A stretch of DNA of 64,000 nt from Lama guanicoe (lineage: Eukaryota), in contig MU054117.1 of NCBI GenBank assembly GCA_013239625.1, positions 5,049,514 to 5,113,513 on the forward strand. The letters are read 5' to 3'. Within the stretch, counting starts at the first letter, position 1; each line of letters starts with the position of its first letter. The position numbers and the translations under genes were made by a program. Of the stretch, positions 45,301 to 60,300 are shown piece after piece. The notes under the pieces are model-generated. The model made no database searches. It was given only the letters and a program-made list of their open reading frames with translations, and was not told the origin of the DNA.

Positions 45301-48300
45301 ACGGACTCGCCCATGCTGCAGAGAGAAGAGAGGGATCAGCGATGAACAGAGCAGTCGGCATGGACAGAGAAGAAATGAGGAAAGGGCATTCCAAGGGAGG
45401 GGCGTTCCGTACCAAAGACACAGAGGTAGGAGACAACACGGACAGTCACTTAATGAGACCCGGCTACTGCAAGAGGGGAGGAACAGTGTAACAAAAGGGA
45501 TGGGAAGGTTTGGACAACCAGGCAGAGCCTGAAATGGATATACTAGGAAAACGCATCAATAGGATTGATTGGCTGTGGGGGATGACGGAGAAGGACAAAT
45601 TAAAGATGGTTAAGTTGCTGCAGTGGTCTTCAAACTTTTTGCTGGAATAGCCCCTGAGGGAATTCTGAAAACTACACATCCCCTCTCACATCTGGGAGTT
45701 GCTATTTAACATTTGTAAGTTTAAACAACAGCAAATGATGTGTTTTTTAAACGTATATCGAAGACGCACTTTAAGTACCCATGGAAAATGTCTGCCATGT
45801 AATCAAAATGGCGAACCAATCAGCTCGACAGACTTACACTCCGTCAGAAGAGTTCTAACTTTGTTTTTTAATTCAAATAAATGTGCTAGTACCTCCCCCT
45901 CTTGACAACCATCTCGCTCCTGAATTCTTCTTCTAAGATGGGCGTAAGGCAGAGGTTTGCCACGCGTCTATCCCCTGGATAACATAAGGGGCTCCTCTTT
46001 GCTTTACGTTAGTGGCTCCTGTGAAATGTTTACCACCCACCAGGCCGTTGCCCTTTAAGGCTGGTGCAGGGTGACGGTGGGAGAACCCTCAGAGCAGACA
46101 TAGTCAGAAGCGTATCAGTTTTAGAAAAGGATGCGTATGGAAGCTGAAAATCTGGAAATGGATTCCCTCACCCCCGCCTGTGTACCCCCCGGAAAGTCTC
46201 TGGGTTCCCCTGAGGTACATGTGCCCCTATGTGACGACCAGTGACCTCAAGGTTCCATGTCAGAAGGTGGTGGCACTGACAGAGGCACACAGATTGGAGG
46301 AGAGAGCTGGCTCTGCTGGTGACAGCTGGAGCCAGGAAAAAAGGGTAAGTGTTCACAGGGAGAGACCACAAAGGAAGGCCCAGGGCCGTCTGGGAAAATG
46401 CCTGCACTTAATGGAGTGCAGGCAAAAGAACTGGAGATAAAACAAAAACAAGGAGGTGAATCAGGAGAGTACACAGGTGAGAAAGGAAGACGACCACTGG
46501 AGGAGGAGGAGTTTAACAGCATTAGCGGTTATGGAGCCTAAGGAGGCGAGGAAGACGTGCACCATGAAACAGTCAGAAGCTCTGAAGCAGTGCAGGACCA
46601 GGGCCATGGCGAGCTGAGAAGGGAGTGGGCGGATAAAGAGGCTGCACTCGGAGGCCCCGAGTTCAAGACGTTTGCCAGAGAGCGTGGCCACTGAGTGAAG
46701 GGAAGTATTTTTAAGATGGAAACGTTCTCTCCCTAGGCATTTATGGAAGAAGGCAGACAGCAGGAAGGGACCCCATCTGTGCCCCCGGAAGGGGGATGAG
46801 CTGAGAAGGGGGGCCCTGGCTCTTTCTGGAGCCTGGAGGACAAGGCAGGGAGGCTGACAGAGGGACCCGGACGGCAGATGAGCAAGCTCAGGGAAAGCAC
46901 CTCAGGTGCTTTGTGGGAAGGGTGACACGGGGCTTCGCTCGGGAAGGACCATCACGTGGGAGGAGCAGAATGAGACCGGGGGTGGAGCAGGGGGACCAAC
47001 CACCCAGCGGGGATTCTCTTTGGAAAGGTGATGGGAAACAGAAGCGGCAGTCCCTCAGCTATGGGACAGGCCTCTTCCTTTAGAAGTTGGGCTTATGCAG
47101 CAGCAGGGCGGGCAGCTCCGAGCTCTGATATGAAACATCGCTGCCAACTCACGTGTCTCCCTAAGCGTGAGCGACCCAGGGGCCGGAGGCCAGCAAGACG
47201 CACCCACTTAGCCGTTCTGCAGGAAAAATTCTCAAGTCCTTTCACTGGTAAGTCACTTAACTGCGTTCAGACAAAGAGATTCTACCAAATCGAATGCAAA
47301 GTTGCCCTGTATTTGAAAGATACAACCCGAGACTTCAACGGCGTTGCTGTCTCCTGGAGCTGCTTTAGGCGGGGGTCCCGAGCCCTGGAGAGCAGACATT
47401 TGTTCATCGTCACGGCCTTCAGGGAGCGGTCCACAGAAACCTTAGGAAGCTCTGCCTGAAGTCCATGCTTCCATCCTTCTCTCCAGACTCAGAGGAAGAT
47501 GTCCCTCCCTTCTCCCTAGACGTCCATCCCCGCCTCCCCTTTGGTCCCAATCCCCTGAATTCTAGCCATAGCAGGCTTATTTGGGAACTTCCTCTATGAT
47601 CTTTCTTGCCACTTCCTTATTCTCTCCTTCTCAGTAATAACACGCGTTATCACCATCAGTACCAGCAACCACCCTTTCCTTTATCACACACTCACCAGGT
47701 CATGTCCTGAGTTATGCTAAATTTACCCACTGAGTCCTCAGAGCAACAAGGTGAGGTAAATAATTTATTGTCTTCATTTCATGGATGCAATGATATCAAA
47801 CAAATCAAAGCAGTTGTCTAACCTGTGCTGACTGCTAGTAATTGCTGAAGCTGGATTCCAACCCACGACGGAGTCACTCAGCCCATTCCCTGCTCCACTT
47901 GCCAGCGTGCGCAGACTCAGTCCCATCTTGCTGGACCCTGCCCCCCTGTTCCCCGTTCGGCCGCTCAGGTCTGCTTACCCCTTTTGCCGTCAATCTCCTA
48001 GAATTGTGGCCTAACTCATCACCTCTATTCCCTGTCTACCCACTTTCTTCTTGGCCTTCGGCATCGTGGTAACAAACCCACAGCCCAGGCCACCTCCCTG
48101 AACTCACTCTCACCTCTTGCGAGACCTGGTGCAGATGGTCAATGGGCTTCTTAGAGTAAAGTGACTGAAATGCACCTCAAACTCAAAGTTCATGCTTACA
48201 GCTGGAGATAAAGTGATGGCGGCAGAGGAAAAAAAAAAAAAGAGCTATGTCTGTCACTGCTCTTTGGGATGGTTTACTGACAAGATTATGGCGACTCTGG

Positions 48301-51300
48301 AATTTTTAGTGAAAAGAGATGGTTGGAAAAACCTCAGTTTCATCCTTCGATCTTCTGGAGGTTGAAATTTTTTTAGACTATGAAACATTACCATGGATAA
48401 TGGATATTTTGCTTTGGGCAACAGGAAGGCCACACTCAGGGTCAAACTTCAGTTCAATTTTCCCAAGAACCGCAGACTAAAATGTAAAACAGGACTGTTT
48501 TTGAATGTGGCTTATTTGTAGCTTATTTTTTTTGTCAAATATTTTCACATCACAATTTTATCATTATTATTTCTACTGGGAAGCTCAGGCATGCAACTTT
48601 TTTCCTACTGTTCCACCAAAGTGGAAATGCCTTGTGCTGAGGAACTACACGGGGAAAAAGAAGACGAACAGAAACAGGAAGGAGAGTGGAGCCCTCCTGG
48701 ATGCTGTTTCTTTAAAGTGGTGGGTAACTGATGACACACTCAGTGCTCTGCACTTAGTTCTGACCACCCTGCCAGCTGGAAGGGCGCTGGGGGGTTATGG
48801 GCACTCACATGGGGATGAAGCTCACCTTTGGAGTTTGTTCGGAACCAGTCCTCCGTTTCTGTCCACTAGATTAAGCCCTGTCAATAGTCTGGGCAAGGTG
48901 CCAGCCCACCCTCCACACCCAGGCAACCCTGTGAGCTCAGTCTAAGTCATGTGCCGAACGGTTGCTCACAGGATATACAGATTCTTCGAACTGAAGAGCT
49001 CCTAGAAAACACTGCCTCCAAACTCTTCATTAGACAGATAAAAACTAAAGCCCATAGAGGGTAACTGGCCCGCCTCAGCTTCACAGAGCACAGCTCAAAC
49101 GAGAATCCACATCACTTGATTTCCACACTAATATTCTTGCCACATGCCTTGGCACTTGGCAGCGACCCACGAGGGAACCACTGATAACTAGCTGTGTGCT
49201 TTCAAAGACGCAGCTGTATTACCCTCTGATTTCTCAGTTACAGTCTACACTCAAGCACCTGCTCATGGACACACGCATACCTACGTTTGTGTCTGCTTCT
49301 CTTCCTGTCTAAAAACATTAAAAAACTTCATTTTAACGTTAAGTTTAGGTGCTCTCCCACACTTTCTTTCTTAATCAATTCTTGGGGACGCCCTGCCCCT
49401 ACCCTCATACTGTGCAGTAAGAGTATGGCAGTTCATTTCTGAAAGCTGCCTCCAGCTGAGTATCTCAAGTATTTTGACAACAGGATTAGCACAGGATTCA
49501 GGGAGACTTGGACAAGTGATCAAAATGTCCTGGGAATAAATGAAGAACAGAGGGGACATTTTAAGTGTAAACTAGTAAATGGCTAATACTTATGAGAAAG
49601 GAAGGTTAAAAAAATACTAGTTTTCTAGTCACTTAACCCAACCGAACAACCTAAGGCTGAACTGCCCCGAAGTCCCACCAAAACTAAGTCTTTAATTGCT
49701 CCATGGAAGCCAAGTGCTCTTAGTGATTAACAAGCAAAGGCCTTAAACTTAGTGCCAATGACACATATGCTGGCAAACTGGTGGGACTTGCTGTCAAAGT
49801 GGAAAAGTTATGAAGCAACAGCAGGCTGAATCTGAAGCCACCAGTCCCCTCTTTGTTACACCCCAGGAAGGAGACACAGGTGCTCACTGGATTTTGAACC
49901 CAGGAATGAGTCAGTCACCTGTCAAAGGCCAGCATGGAGTAGTTCAAGCCTGATCAGATGGCAAAAGGGACGTTAGGAACATCGTCCTTGTGTGTGAACA
50001 TCTGGATGACAGTATTTTTCCCTAGTACTGCAGGTTGTTCAAATGATCACATAGTTATTTTGTTACTTTCATTTTCTTCACCAAAAAGTATGCTACAAAA
50101 CTGTATAGGCTGAAAGAACGTTAAAGCTGAAAGAGGCTATTGGTTAGCATGTCTTCCTTTCAGTGGAACAGGGACAACAGATGTGCTGACTGACTTTCAG
50201 GCACTTTAAGACACCAAAACGCCTTTATTAGCAAAGATAAATGGCACCCCTGTTGCCTACATTCAGTGCATTTTTATCACATTGAAATTCTCTGTAAGTT
50301 AGTAAACTGCATGGTGGCATCTTGTAGCCAAAAGATCTGATTCTAGCTAGAATGTCCCTGGACTCACTTATCAAGACTAACCTAGTTCAGAAATTCAGCT
50401 CTGCCGCTTGAACAATCACTTAGATTCTCTGGTCACCTTCTCCATCTTCAAAATAGAGATGTAAAGAAAAGAACGTTGCCCCCCATTCCAATTCCACAAG
50501 GATCGAGCCATCAGCTACTTCAGCCGCCCACCAACAGCGCACCCAGAGGGGAACTGAGGATGCAGAGAAACTGCGAGGATTCTGTGCTTCTGACACTGGC
50601 CCTAGATGGTTAAGATGTGTGTCTGAGGAACAGCCGCAATGAGCCCAGATTCCTGCGTCTTCCCATCCTTAGTAAAGCACTCAGTTCATTAACTTGAGAT
50701 GTCTGTTCTGCGTGATTATCTTTTGACGTTAGACGTCATGTTTTTTCCCGGCAGAAAATTTGTATGTATCCTGGCTCATTCCTTAACCTCTTCGGAGCAG
50801 CTCCTCAGCGCTACCGGAGAGGCTGTCTCCCAGGCTATAGTTCAGTAAGGTCTTCAAATAAAACCTAGCTCGCAGCTTTTAGGTTGAGCATTTTTCTTTC
50901 AGTCGACAGGGAAAATACTAGCCATCGTGCAGATTAAAAGAGAAAATATCTTTAAAAGCATCATACATGTACTCCCTTGAGGCCACTTAAAAATATTTAT
51001 ATATGGGCAAATGTTTTATATAAGCATATCTATACCTAACTTCTTAAAATTTGAGTATTCTTTGAATTGGCTTTCAGATATAAAATCTCAGGCTCAAGCC
51101 TCTAACCTAGGGGTGGGAAATTTTGACCTCTGCCCACCTCAATCCGATTTAACTAAATTGAGCTCATAGCAAGTTTCAAAAACAAAGGTCTGAGTTGTAC
51201 CGAGTTGCACTCCCAGGAAGCAGCCGCTTTGCCAGGAAGCTAATCAGGCTTTGGTTTGAGGCCTCAGGAAGCGGGGTGGGGTGGAGGTGAGAGCTAGCAA

Positions 51301-54300
51301 CGTGTTCACGTGTTTGTGTATTTCTGCAACACTGGTAAGATATTTCTGAATTCTTTTTCTTAAAGAAGGTCACCAAGATTATAGAAGCTTCAGGTTGCAC
51401 AAATCCTGGACTATTAAAAAAACAAATCAACCACCAAAACAAAATTGGCATAGGCCAGAAAATTCTGCTATGCCCAGAATTCTTCATCCAAGATCTTCCA
51501 AATAACAGGCATATTCCCAAAAGAAGTTCTGGTGGGGGTTTGGGGTGAAGGTGTTTGGCAGCAGCGGGCTCCTGGCTCTCAGCAGCTGCCTCAGGCCTGG
51601 GAGGGGTGAGTCTAAGGACAGGATTGCTGCTGGGAGGGATGTCAGTGCTGGGAAGCAAATTTTGAAGAGAGGGGGCAGTAAGCCCGTTGGTCGGTCTGGA
51701 CTCCGGGACACACTGTCACCCCTAGTCCAGGGTGTGGAGTGAGGCTGCTGACGCGTGTCGTGGAAGCCCTCTTCCTTTTGGATTTCACACTTTACGGTTC
51801 TCTCTCAAAGACGTCTAACTAGTAACCTAGGCTTTTCCCCCTGCCTTTTAATTTATGGCCCTGGTTTTAGATAGAAAGGTGGTTCTTCACTCCTGTTGTG
51901 ACTTAATCTGGAGTAAGGGTGCCCAGTCACGCCGCCAAGTGGCTAATTAGCTGCTCTTTCTCCAACCCTCACAAACACCTACGATAATTTCTCTCTTGTG
52001 TTAGAGTTGCCAGATCTAGGCTTTGTAAATACAAACAAGGGTAGGTGAGACTTCTTTTTCTCAGCAAGTATTTCAGCCAGGGAAACAATAAACTCTCTTG
52101 GCCAGCTGAGATGCTAACAGGAGGAAAGACAACGGCTTCACACCGCCTAATTGTCCTAATGAATCAGAATGGGTGTAATTATTTGTTGGGTTTTCTTTCT
52201 CTACCTTTGCGATCATACACAGTCACTCTTTACTCTTTAAGTGTGCCATTCAGTGGTTTTTTAGTATATTCACAATGCCGTACAACTATCCTCAGTGTCT
52301 AATGCCGGAATACTTCCATTACCCTAACAAGAAACCCCGCACCTCTCAGCAGTCACTCCCGATTCCACCCTCCTCTCATTCCCTGGCAAACACCCACTTA
52401 CTTTCTGTCTCTATGGATCTGCTTATTCTGGGCAATTCATACGAATGGAATCATACCATGTGGGGCTGTTTGTGTTGGGCTTCTTTTACTTAGCACCATG
52501 TTTTCAAAGCTCATCCATGTTGTAGGAAGCATCAGTACTTCATTCCTTTTGACGGCTGAATATTCCATCATATGATTATAACCTTTTGTTTGTCCATTTA
52601 TCAGTTGGCAGACAACCGGGTTGTGTCCACTTTTTGGCTATTATAATAATGCTATCAACATCTGTGTACAAGCTTTTGTGTGAACGTAAGCGTTCCATTC
52701 TTCTGAGTCTACAATTTGGAGTGGAATTGCTGGGTCACACTGTCACTGTTTAACTCTGAGAAACTGCCAAGTTGTTTTTCCACGGCGGCTGCATCATTTG
52801 ACATTCCTACCAGCAATGCATGAGGGCTCCAGTTTCTCCACATCTACACCAACATGTGTTCCTTTTTTTTTTTTTTTTGGACTAAAGCCATCCCAGTGGG
52901 GGTGAAGTGGTATGGCATTATGGTCTTGATTTGCATTTCCCTAATGACTAATGATGTTGAGCATCCTTCCATGTGCTTATTGGCCATTTGTGTATCTCCT
53001 TTAGACAAATGTCTATTCATTATCCCTTGCCCATTTTAAAAAACTGGGTTATTATTATTTTTTTATCATTGAGTTACAAGAATTCTTGATATATTCTGGA
53101 TACTAGACCCTTACCAGACATATGATTTACAAATATTTTCTTTCTTTCCACTTTCTTTATAGTATCCTTTGATGCACAGAAGTTTTTAATTTTGATGAAG
53201 TTCACATTATCCCTAACCATTCATGCTGGAAATGATCTGTCTATATCAGCATCTCAATATTCCTTGAAAGTTTGGGAAGACTTTTCAAAAATATTAAAAA
53301 TTATGAGACGATGACTGGGTTCCCATAATTACTCTGTTTGGCTCTCGGTATAAATAATGTAAATGCACGCTATATAGGAGTTCCCATGTTTTTGCTTTTG
53401 TTTCCTACTCTTTCAGAAGAACTAAAGCAGAATTAAAAAGTGGAGTCACATTATCCTTTAACTAAGGAATGGGGATTTCTAGTAGCCCTTATGGTTCAAT
53501 GTTTTTAGTCAGGGCCTTGCATATTGTAGTCCAACTGTAATCAGTCTTGCCCACTTTTGTCTGAGGTATACACCACCCATAGGGGCCTTAAAGGGCACAG
53601 TTCCAGTTTGGCCTCTGCTTGCTGGCTTGTGAACTTTAGTTGTATATTTATGGACAGTAATCTGGAGTGGTGTCCAAGTCCATCTGAGTTTAGAATTGCT
53701 ATCACAGCAGAAACTGGAAACCTCAAGAGCTATAAGCCATTCAACACGTCTGCATGGATGCCACATCTCATTAGAGCATATACAAATATACAGCGATCAG
53801 AGCCTTAACCCCCTAGGATCTCATGTCCTCCTCAGATGTGCATACAATGTGTGCATGAGTCCTTTAATTTTTCTCAAATTGCCTGCAAAATTACTATCTC
53901 ACCATCTATAATCTTATGTAACAGGTATGACCAACTATGCTTTTCTTATGTAAATACCTTAGCAACACGAATACTTGGTACTAGCCTGCGGTTAGCGTGG
54001 TGGCATTGAAACAGTCTACTCGATGACTTCATGTGAGTCAAGAACAGAACCTGGGTCTGATCATTCTGGCCTGAACTTCTACCCGCTTTCTGACAAACTG
54101 TCCCTATAATTCAAATGCAGTGACATTTCCATCAGAAGCCTCTATTACTAACAACTATGGTAAACATGGTTCTCAGGTAGAAGCCTTCATTCAAGGTGTC
54201 CAGAGTTTCATGAATCTCACTTATCTTCAGAGCCACTGCTTGAATAGGAAGAACTTAGATTTAAAAAAATCAGTCCATTTCAAAGCCAAAAGGAAATTTT

Positions 54301-57300
54301 TATCCAGAAATTACTTAACCTTATTTTTAGTGTCTTACTCGCCCCCTTGCCCCTTCTCGTTTTGAAAATAGGGAGAAATACAGATGCGGACAACATCTTT
54401 TGGGCTACACAAACTGTAGAGAGGCTTTAAAGTCTCTAGGAAGCGGTAGTTGCTTCCCCAAGAGATCTCCAAGTGGGTCCTAAATCTCCTTGCCCTTGAC
54501 CTGGCAACTGCTGGGAAAATGTCCAGCACACATGCACAGACCCCTACCTTACAACTCTCTGCTTGAGAAGGACACTTTGCTTGGAACAGCTCCCCCCAGC
54601 AGCTGCAACGAGGGCTTTTAATTTTTGTTAAAGCTACAAGTCACAACAGATGGTGTAGGTAATGATGAGTTATAATAACAAAGATGATGATATAATATTG
54701 TCATTATCATGATATTCATCATATGACTCAGCAATAATAACATATGAAGAACAACAAGAGATGTTAGCAAATGGGATAAACTAAGCCATCAAGAATCTGA
54801 GAGCATTTTGCGTACTCCAAAGATCAGAGGATACAACGACACTTCGACAAGTGTAAGGGACTCTCGGGACATCACGTATTGCAAAACAGGTACTTGAAGC
54901 CACACACGAAACCTGTGAATCTCAAACGTCAGGCTAATCGGTACAATCTGCGGGCTTGTTAAAATACAGATCACTGGGCCCCCTCCTCAGAGGGTCTCCT
55001 TCAGCTGGTCTGGGGTGGACCTGAGAATCTGCACTTGTAACAAGCTCCCAGGAGATGCTGATGCTGCTGGTCCAGACCACACCTGGAGTCTCCCTGCAGG
55101 GGAAGGAGATGGATATCTACTGAAGGAAGGGAGGGAACAATTATTTACAACTACCCTGCATCAGGCTTGGCCAACCGTTCTACACAGCTCATTTCAGTTA
55201 GAGCTCCCAGCTTTGCAGGGAGCAAGGCTCCTCGGGCATTTCCAGAGCAGATCGGAGGGGACACACCTGGACGGGGCCCTGGCGAGGCACTTTCTCATTA
55301 ATAGGAAAGTTCTTTGATGGCTGTATTATTTTAAAAAAAAATTCAGGTAACTTTTGCATTCTGTTTCGAAATACTTTGGCTTGTTGTGAATTAAATATAA
55401 CTTAAAAATTATTTATTACGATACACTGCTTAACTCAACCTCAATACTTCAGTAAAATTGGCCCTTGGGAACACGAGGGGAAGGACGGCTGAAATTTAGT
55501 AATTGGTCTATGGTGAAAGAGCTAGTACATATTTAATTGTCATTAATTGTAGAGACTTACCCAGGCCTGCAGGTCCCTAGAAGTAACACGCAACCTACCA
55601 GCTTACTCCGCCACACCCCACCCGCCCCAGTTCTGTCAGGTTCTTCTCTGCTTTTTCTTCATGGAGCCTCTACTGTTGTGGCCAGATTGTTCTCGCTTTT
55701 CCTGACCTCCACATACATGCTCATTATTCTTTGCCGCTGGAACGCTCCCCTTTTCCTCTCCACCTGCCTAGACTCCTCCATGCCCTTTAAGGTCCAGCAG
55801 ATATGCCATTTCCTTTTGGAAGACCACATCCCATTTTTAAAAGGCTGCTGGACGGAACACCTCCAGTGGGTGCCCAGACAGACAATGTCAGTGGGTGCGT
55901 AATGGTTTTTGTTAAATTAGCTTGTGTATATGATCTCATGGGCCCTCATTTACACATGCCTCTGCAAAGAAATGCTTCTATTTGATATTTAAGTGATGCC
56001 GGCATTCAGAACGTGAAGTTTTGTGCAATGTAAGATATTGGGAGTGCAGATAAAAAGTAGTTGGAAAAATATAGTTAAAAGAAATCCCCAAACTAGAATC
56101 TTCAGGTTATGATGAAACCTGTCTATGAATTCTATGAATTAGAATAAAGAAAGTCTAAAATGTAGACTTTAAACCTAGTCTTTTAGGATCGGAGGAGGCC
56201 TTGAAAGTCATTTAGGACAACCCACTTGTTTTATAGTCGTAGGATTTTTGGACCCTGCTTTGCGTGGTCAGAAGTCCCCTTTGTTTAGTTAATACTGCTT
56301 AATCCCCATCGAGCTTAGCACTGGTCTCTTTACATTGCTACCTGAAGAAAGCTTTGTGTGGTGAATGATGGATTTAGTTCTGAAGGGCCAGACCTGCCTT
56401 TGGTCCAAAGGGAACCAAACTGCAAGTCCTCCTTTTGATTTTAAAGGTTGCTAACCTCAGTGAAGCTAATTCTGAACCTCTGAGGAATGGATCCTCATCC
56501 CCAAGTGCAATTTTTTATGAGTCTAACAGCCAAGCCACAGTTGTGGCCAAGAGTAGAAGAGAACGCTCACACGAGGCAGGATGGCCATCTGTTCCACTTG
56601 GCCGGCAACAGCTTTGGACGCTGAGCGGTATCTCATGCGCTGATTTCATCTTGGCTTAATCATGGAGAATGAAAAGAGCAAAGGATACCAAGGGCATTTC
56701 TCTCTTCCACCCCCGCACGCTCCTCCCAATGCCAGTGTGGTAAAGAGCAGGAACTCAAGAGTTGGGTAGGAATGGGTGTGACCTTAGGTAGGTTATTATT
56801 AGTGGAGGCTCCAGTTTCCTATCAGTACAGGGGCGATGATAACAGTACCGTAAATATCTTAGGGGTAGTTGGCAGGCTTGGGTGGTGTATTGTTGAGCAC
56901 TCAATAAATGTCAGCTACTGTCATTATCAGCAAGGGGAAGCAGCATCACCGTATTCTCTGTGTTAGCTTCTCCATGGCATTTCATCCCCCTCCTCACTCA
57001 ATTATGATGCCAAAATTGACTCCTAAAACTGTTATTAGTCCAACTTCTCTCCTGAGCTCAAGACTAGGCTTCACAACTCTCAGGACACCTGGACATGCCC
57101 TTGGAACCTAAAGCAAGTCCAAAACTAGATCATCGCCTGGCACCAAACATCTGACCATCCTTTTGACCTCTCGGCATTTCTGAAAGATACAGTCATCTTT
57201 CCAGCAACCCAGGCAGCAGGACTGAATTTTTTCTTTAAAGCCATTCTTTATCCTCCATGTGATCAGTTGCCAAGTCATTCATTCATACTTTCGCTTACTT

Positions 57301-60300
57301 AACAAATATTTACAGGACCTTTTCCATAAGCTAGGTACTGTGTTAAACTCTGGGTATACTGTGGTGGACAAAACTTAATGATTTCTGCCCCCATCTACAA
57401 ATACATAGTTACATGTTGGCATACGAACTTGGAAGGAAACTTCAGTCAGTTTGAGAAAGTAAAACAGGGGACATAATTTCAAATGAGAGTCAGGAAAGAA
57501 CTCCCGGAGGCAGTGACAATTTGAACCGAGACCTGAAAATGGAAAGGGATCTGCCAGGTGGGGAATGAGTGAAGACAGATCTTGGCAGTGGGGCCAGTAG
57601 GTACAAAGGCTCGAGGCAGGAAAGGGCTTGCTGCCTCTTTTGAGGAACTGAGAGAAGGCTATGTGGCTACAAGGCTGGAAGCTTGCTTGAAACGAGGCTG
57701 GAGCAGCAGGCAAGGGTTCCCCAGCGGTGGATGGAAGCCCCTGAGGTGTCTGAGCAGGAGCCACACAGGGTGGACCACCCGGGCTGCTCTTGGAGAACAG
57801 ACTGGAGGGGCAGGAGGAAATCAGACACTGTGTGGAGGCCACTTGGGCGGTTCTGGTGACAGATGGCAAGTGGCTGCGGTGATGGAGAAGTGATGGATGT
57901 ATTGGAGGCACAATTTGGAGGTGGTACTGATAGGACTTGGAGACGGGGGTGAGGGGAGAGAGTGAGAGGGAGGTGCCCAGCTGCTGTGCAGCTGAAAGTG
58001 TCCACGGAATTTCAAAAGTGTCTCGCGTGGGATCCCTATGCCTCTCTCAGGGCCGCCACCTTGCCCCCAAGTCATGATGCAGATCATAGTTCCGCTGGTT
58101 AGTTTCCCTCCCTCCCGACTGTGTCTCTGTCTAATCACCCTGCGCTGCTGTGTTATCTCCCAGGCCAGTGCCAGTCCCTGCAACTTCCCTATCAGCTACT
58201 GAGCTAAGCACACATTCTTTGCCTTGGCTTTCAAGGCACCACAATGCACGTTTCCAGTCTTTCTGTCTACCTGCAGCAACATGAACTCCAAGCGGACCAC
58301 TTCCTGTTCCTGGAGTGTGTCACCACATGTCCCACCGCGGCGCCTCTGCTCATGCTACTCCTGTCTCACCGCTTCTGTCTGCAGAAAGCTTATTCGGCTT
58401 TCAGGGTTCATTAAAGGTCCAATCTTTAAACCTCATAAAGCTTTGGAACTCTCTAATGACACTTAGATTTCTGCCTGTTATTGTGGTTATGAGGGTCCTT
58501 AGCTCACCATCCCCTGCCCACTAACAGACTGTACGTAATACTTTTGAGTGCCTGGCCCCATTACTCATACCGCACCATGGCCTCTGCGCTTCCAGGGTCA
58601 AGCACAGTGCCTCACCTACAGTAGGTACATTTCATTGCATTTATTTGGAACAATTCACGTTACCAGTTATGCTAGGGAGCAACGAGATGCAAGTTGTTGC
58701 AGGGGAGAGGCTTTCCAGTAGCGCCTGCCAGCACCAGAGCTCACAGCAAAATTTATCTTCCACAAACCCCTGGCAACTGTACACAAACACCTTGACCAGA
58801 GTCCTCTGCCTCTTCAAAATACTCCAATGCAGCAGTCCTCATACGCTTACCCTTTCCTTGAAGTACTGAATACTAAAAATTACAGCCTCTAACTCAGGAT
58901 TTTTCAAACTACTTGTCGTAACTCATTAATGGAACATGAAATCAATTTAGAGGGTTGTAAATAATACTAACAAATAAAATGGAAAATAACTAAACACACT
59001 GCCTGTAGTCAAGTTCCTAACACTTTCAAATCCATTATACATCTATGTGTATACCGGGCCATGATGTAAAACCCATTTCTTACCATGGGTCCCTAGTTAA
59101 AAAGGTTTGAAGGCTGATGCTGGGGAGCCCACCCCAAGGTCAGCATGCAGAACTCAAGGAAAGCAAGATGCTAAGGAAATAGTAATGAGACTATCTAACT
59201 AAAACAGTAATGAGATTATCCCTTTGAGATACGAATGTCTGATATTCCTCACTCTTCCCTCAGGGTATCTGCTTTAACCCCAATTAATCCCATTCGTAGA
59301 AAGTGAGTCAGAAATCATTTTGGACTTCTTGGTACTTCGAGCAAGGACTTTAAGGTCCCCAAGAGAGTGGTCCAGGAACCAGAAACTCCACTGCCTAAAG
59401 GCTACCAGTTTCTAGGTTACAACACACAGAAGTGTTAATACCTTTGTAAGAGAAATATATTTACAAGCACCCTTCCTTCCATGCTCTTGTCAAGCATATC
59501 AATTTATGTTTGTATGCATATATTTAACCTAAATCTATCAAATACAACCCTATATATCCACGTGGAAGACCTATGCCTGACTGGAGGCAACATGAACCCC
59601 AAGTTGATCTAAAAAAGAGATATGAGTCACTGAAGGCAATGGCACGTATGAGTTAGGGAGGACACGGGGAATGGTAGAAGGGGCAAGGGGGCTCAGAAGT
59701 GTAGTAGATGCATTCATTACACCCATGTTTACGACTGTGATGATTGGTGGTAATGAGAGGATGAGGGCAGAGGGGTAGGATATGGAGAAAACAGTTTCCT
59801 AGACAACTGTATGCCCCGTAGAAACAGCGCAGTAGTCCACCAGGAGCACACAGGCTGGATTTGATTATGTCAGCACTAAAAAGACAGGCTCCCAGTCCTA
59901 ATTCCAGCCCTAGCTCCACTTAACAGGTTGCTCTTTATAAGCTGTTACTACTTGTGTTACATTCTCAATTTATATCTGAGAAATCAACAGCGAGCTTTCT
60001 AATGAACGAAATGTAAACACTCTTAACTGCCAATTGCAGTTCCAACAAATAACCTAACTGGGTCAGTAACAAGGGTGAGGAAGTAGGAAGTTCAAAGTTG
60101 GTGTGATGCAAAGAACTCTAGATTGAAGGACTGATAAATGTGGGTTAGCTCTAGGTGACACTAAGCAAGTCACACAATCTAAGGTCCCATCCTCCTCTAA
60201 AATTTTACAATTTTACAAGGGAGGGAAAAGGTGACCTGTATCTGGAAAAAGGAAGATTATCTTGGTTTGATGTGTAGCACTGTAAATGACAATATTATCC

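Noticed and set aside
47223..47247. Plus-strand CAG|25 nt|GTAAGT candidate antisense exon in LPCAT3 intron 1
   Set aside because: Weak pyrimidine tract, and such motifs arise by chance in 23 kb. No other support.
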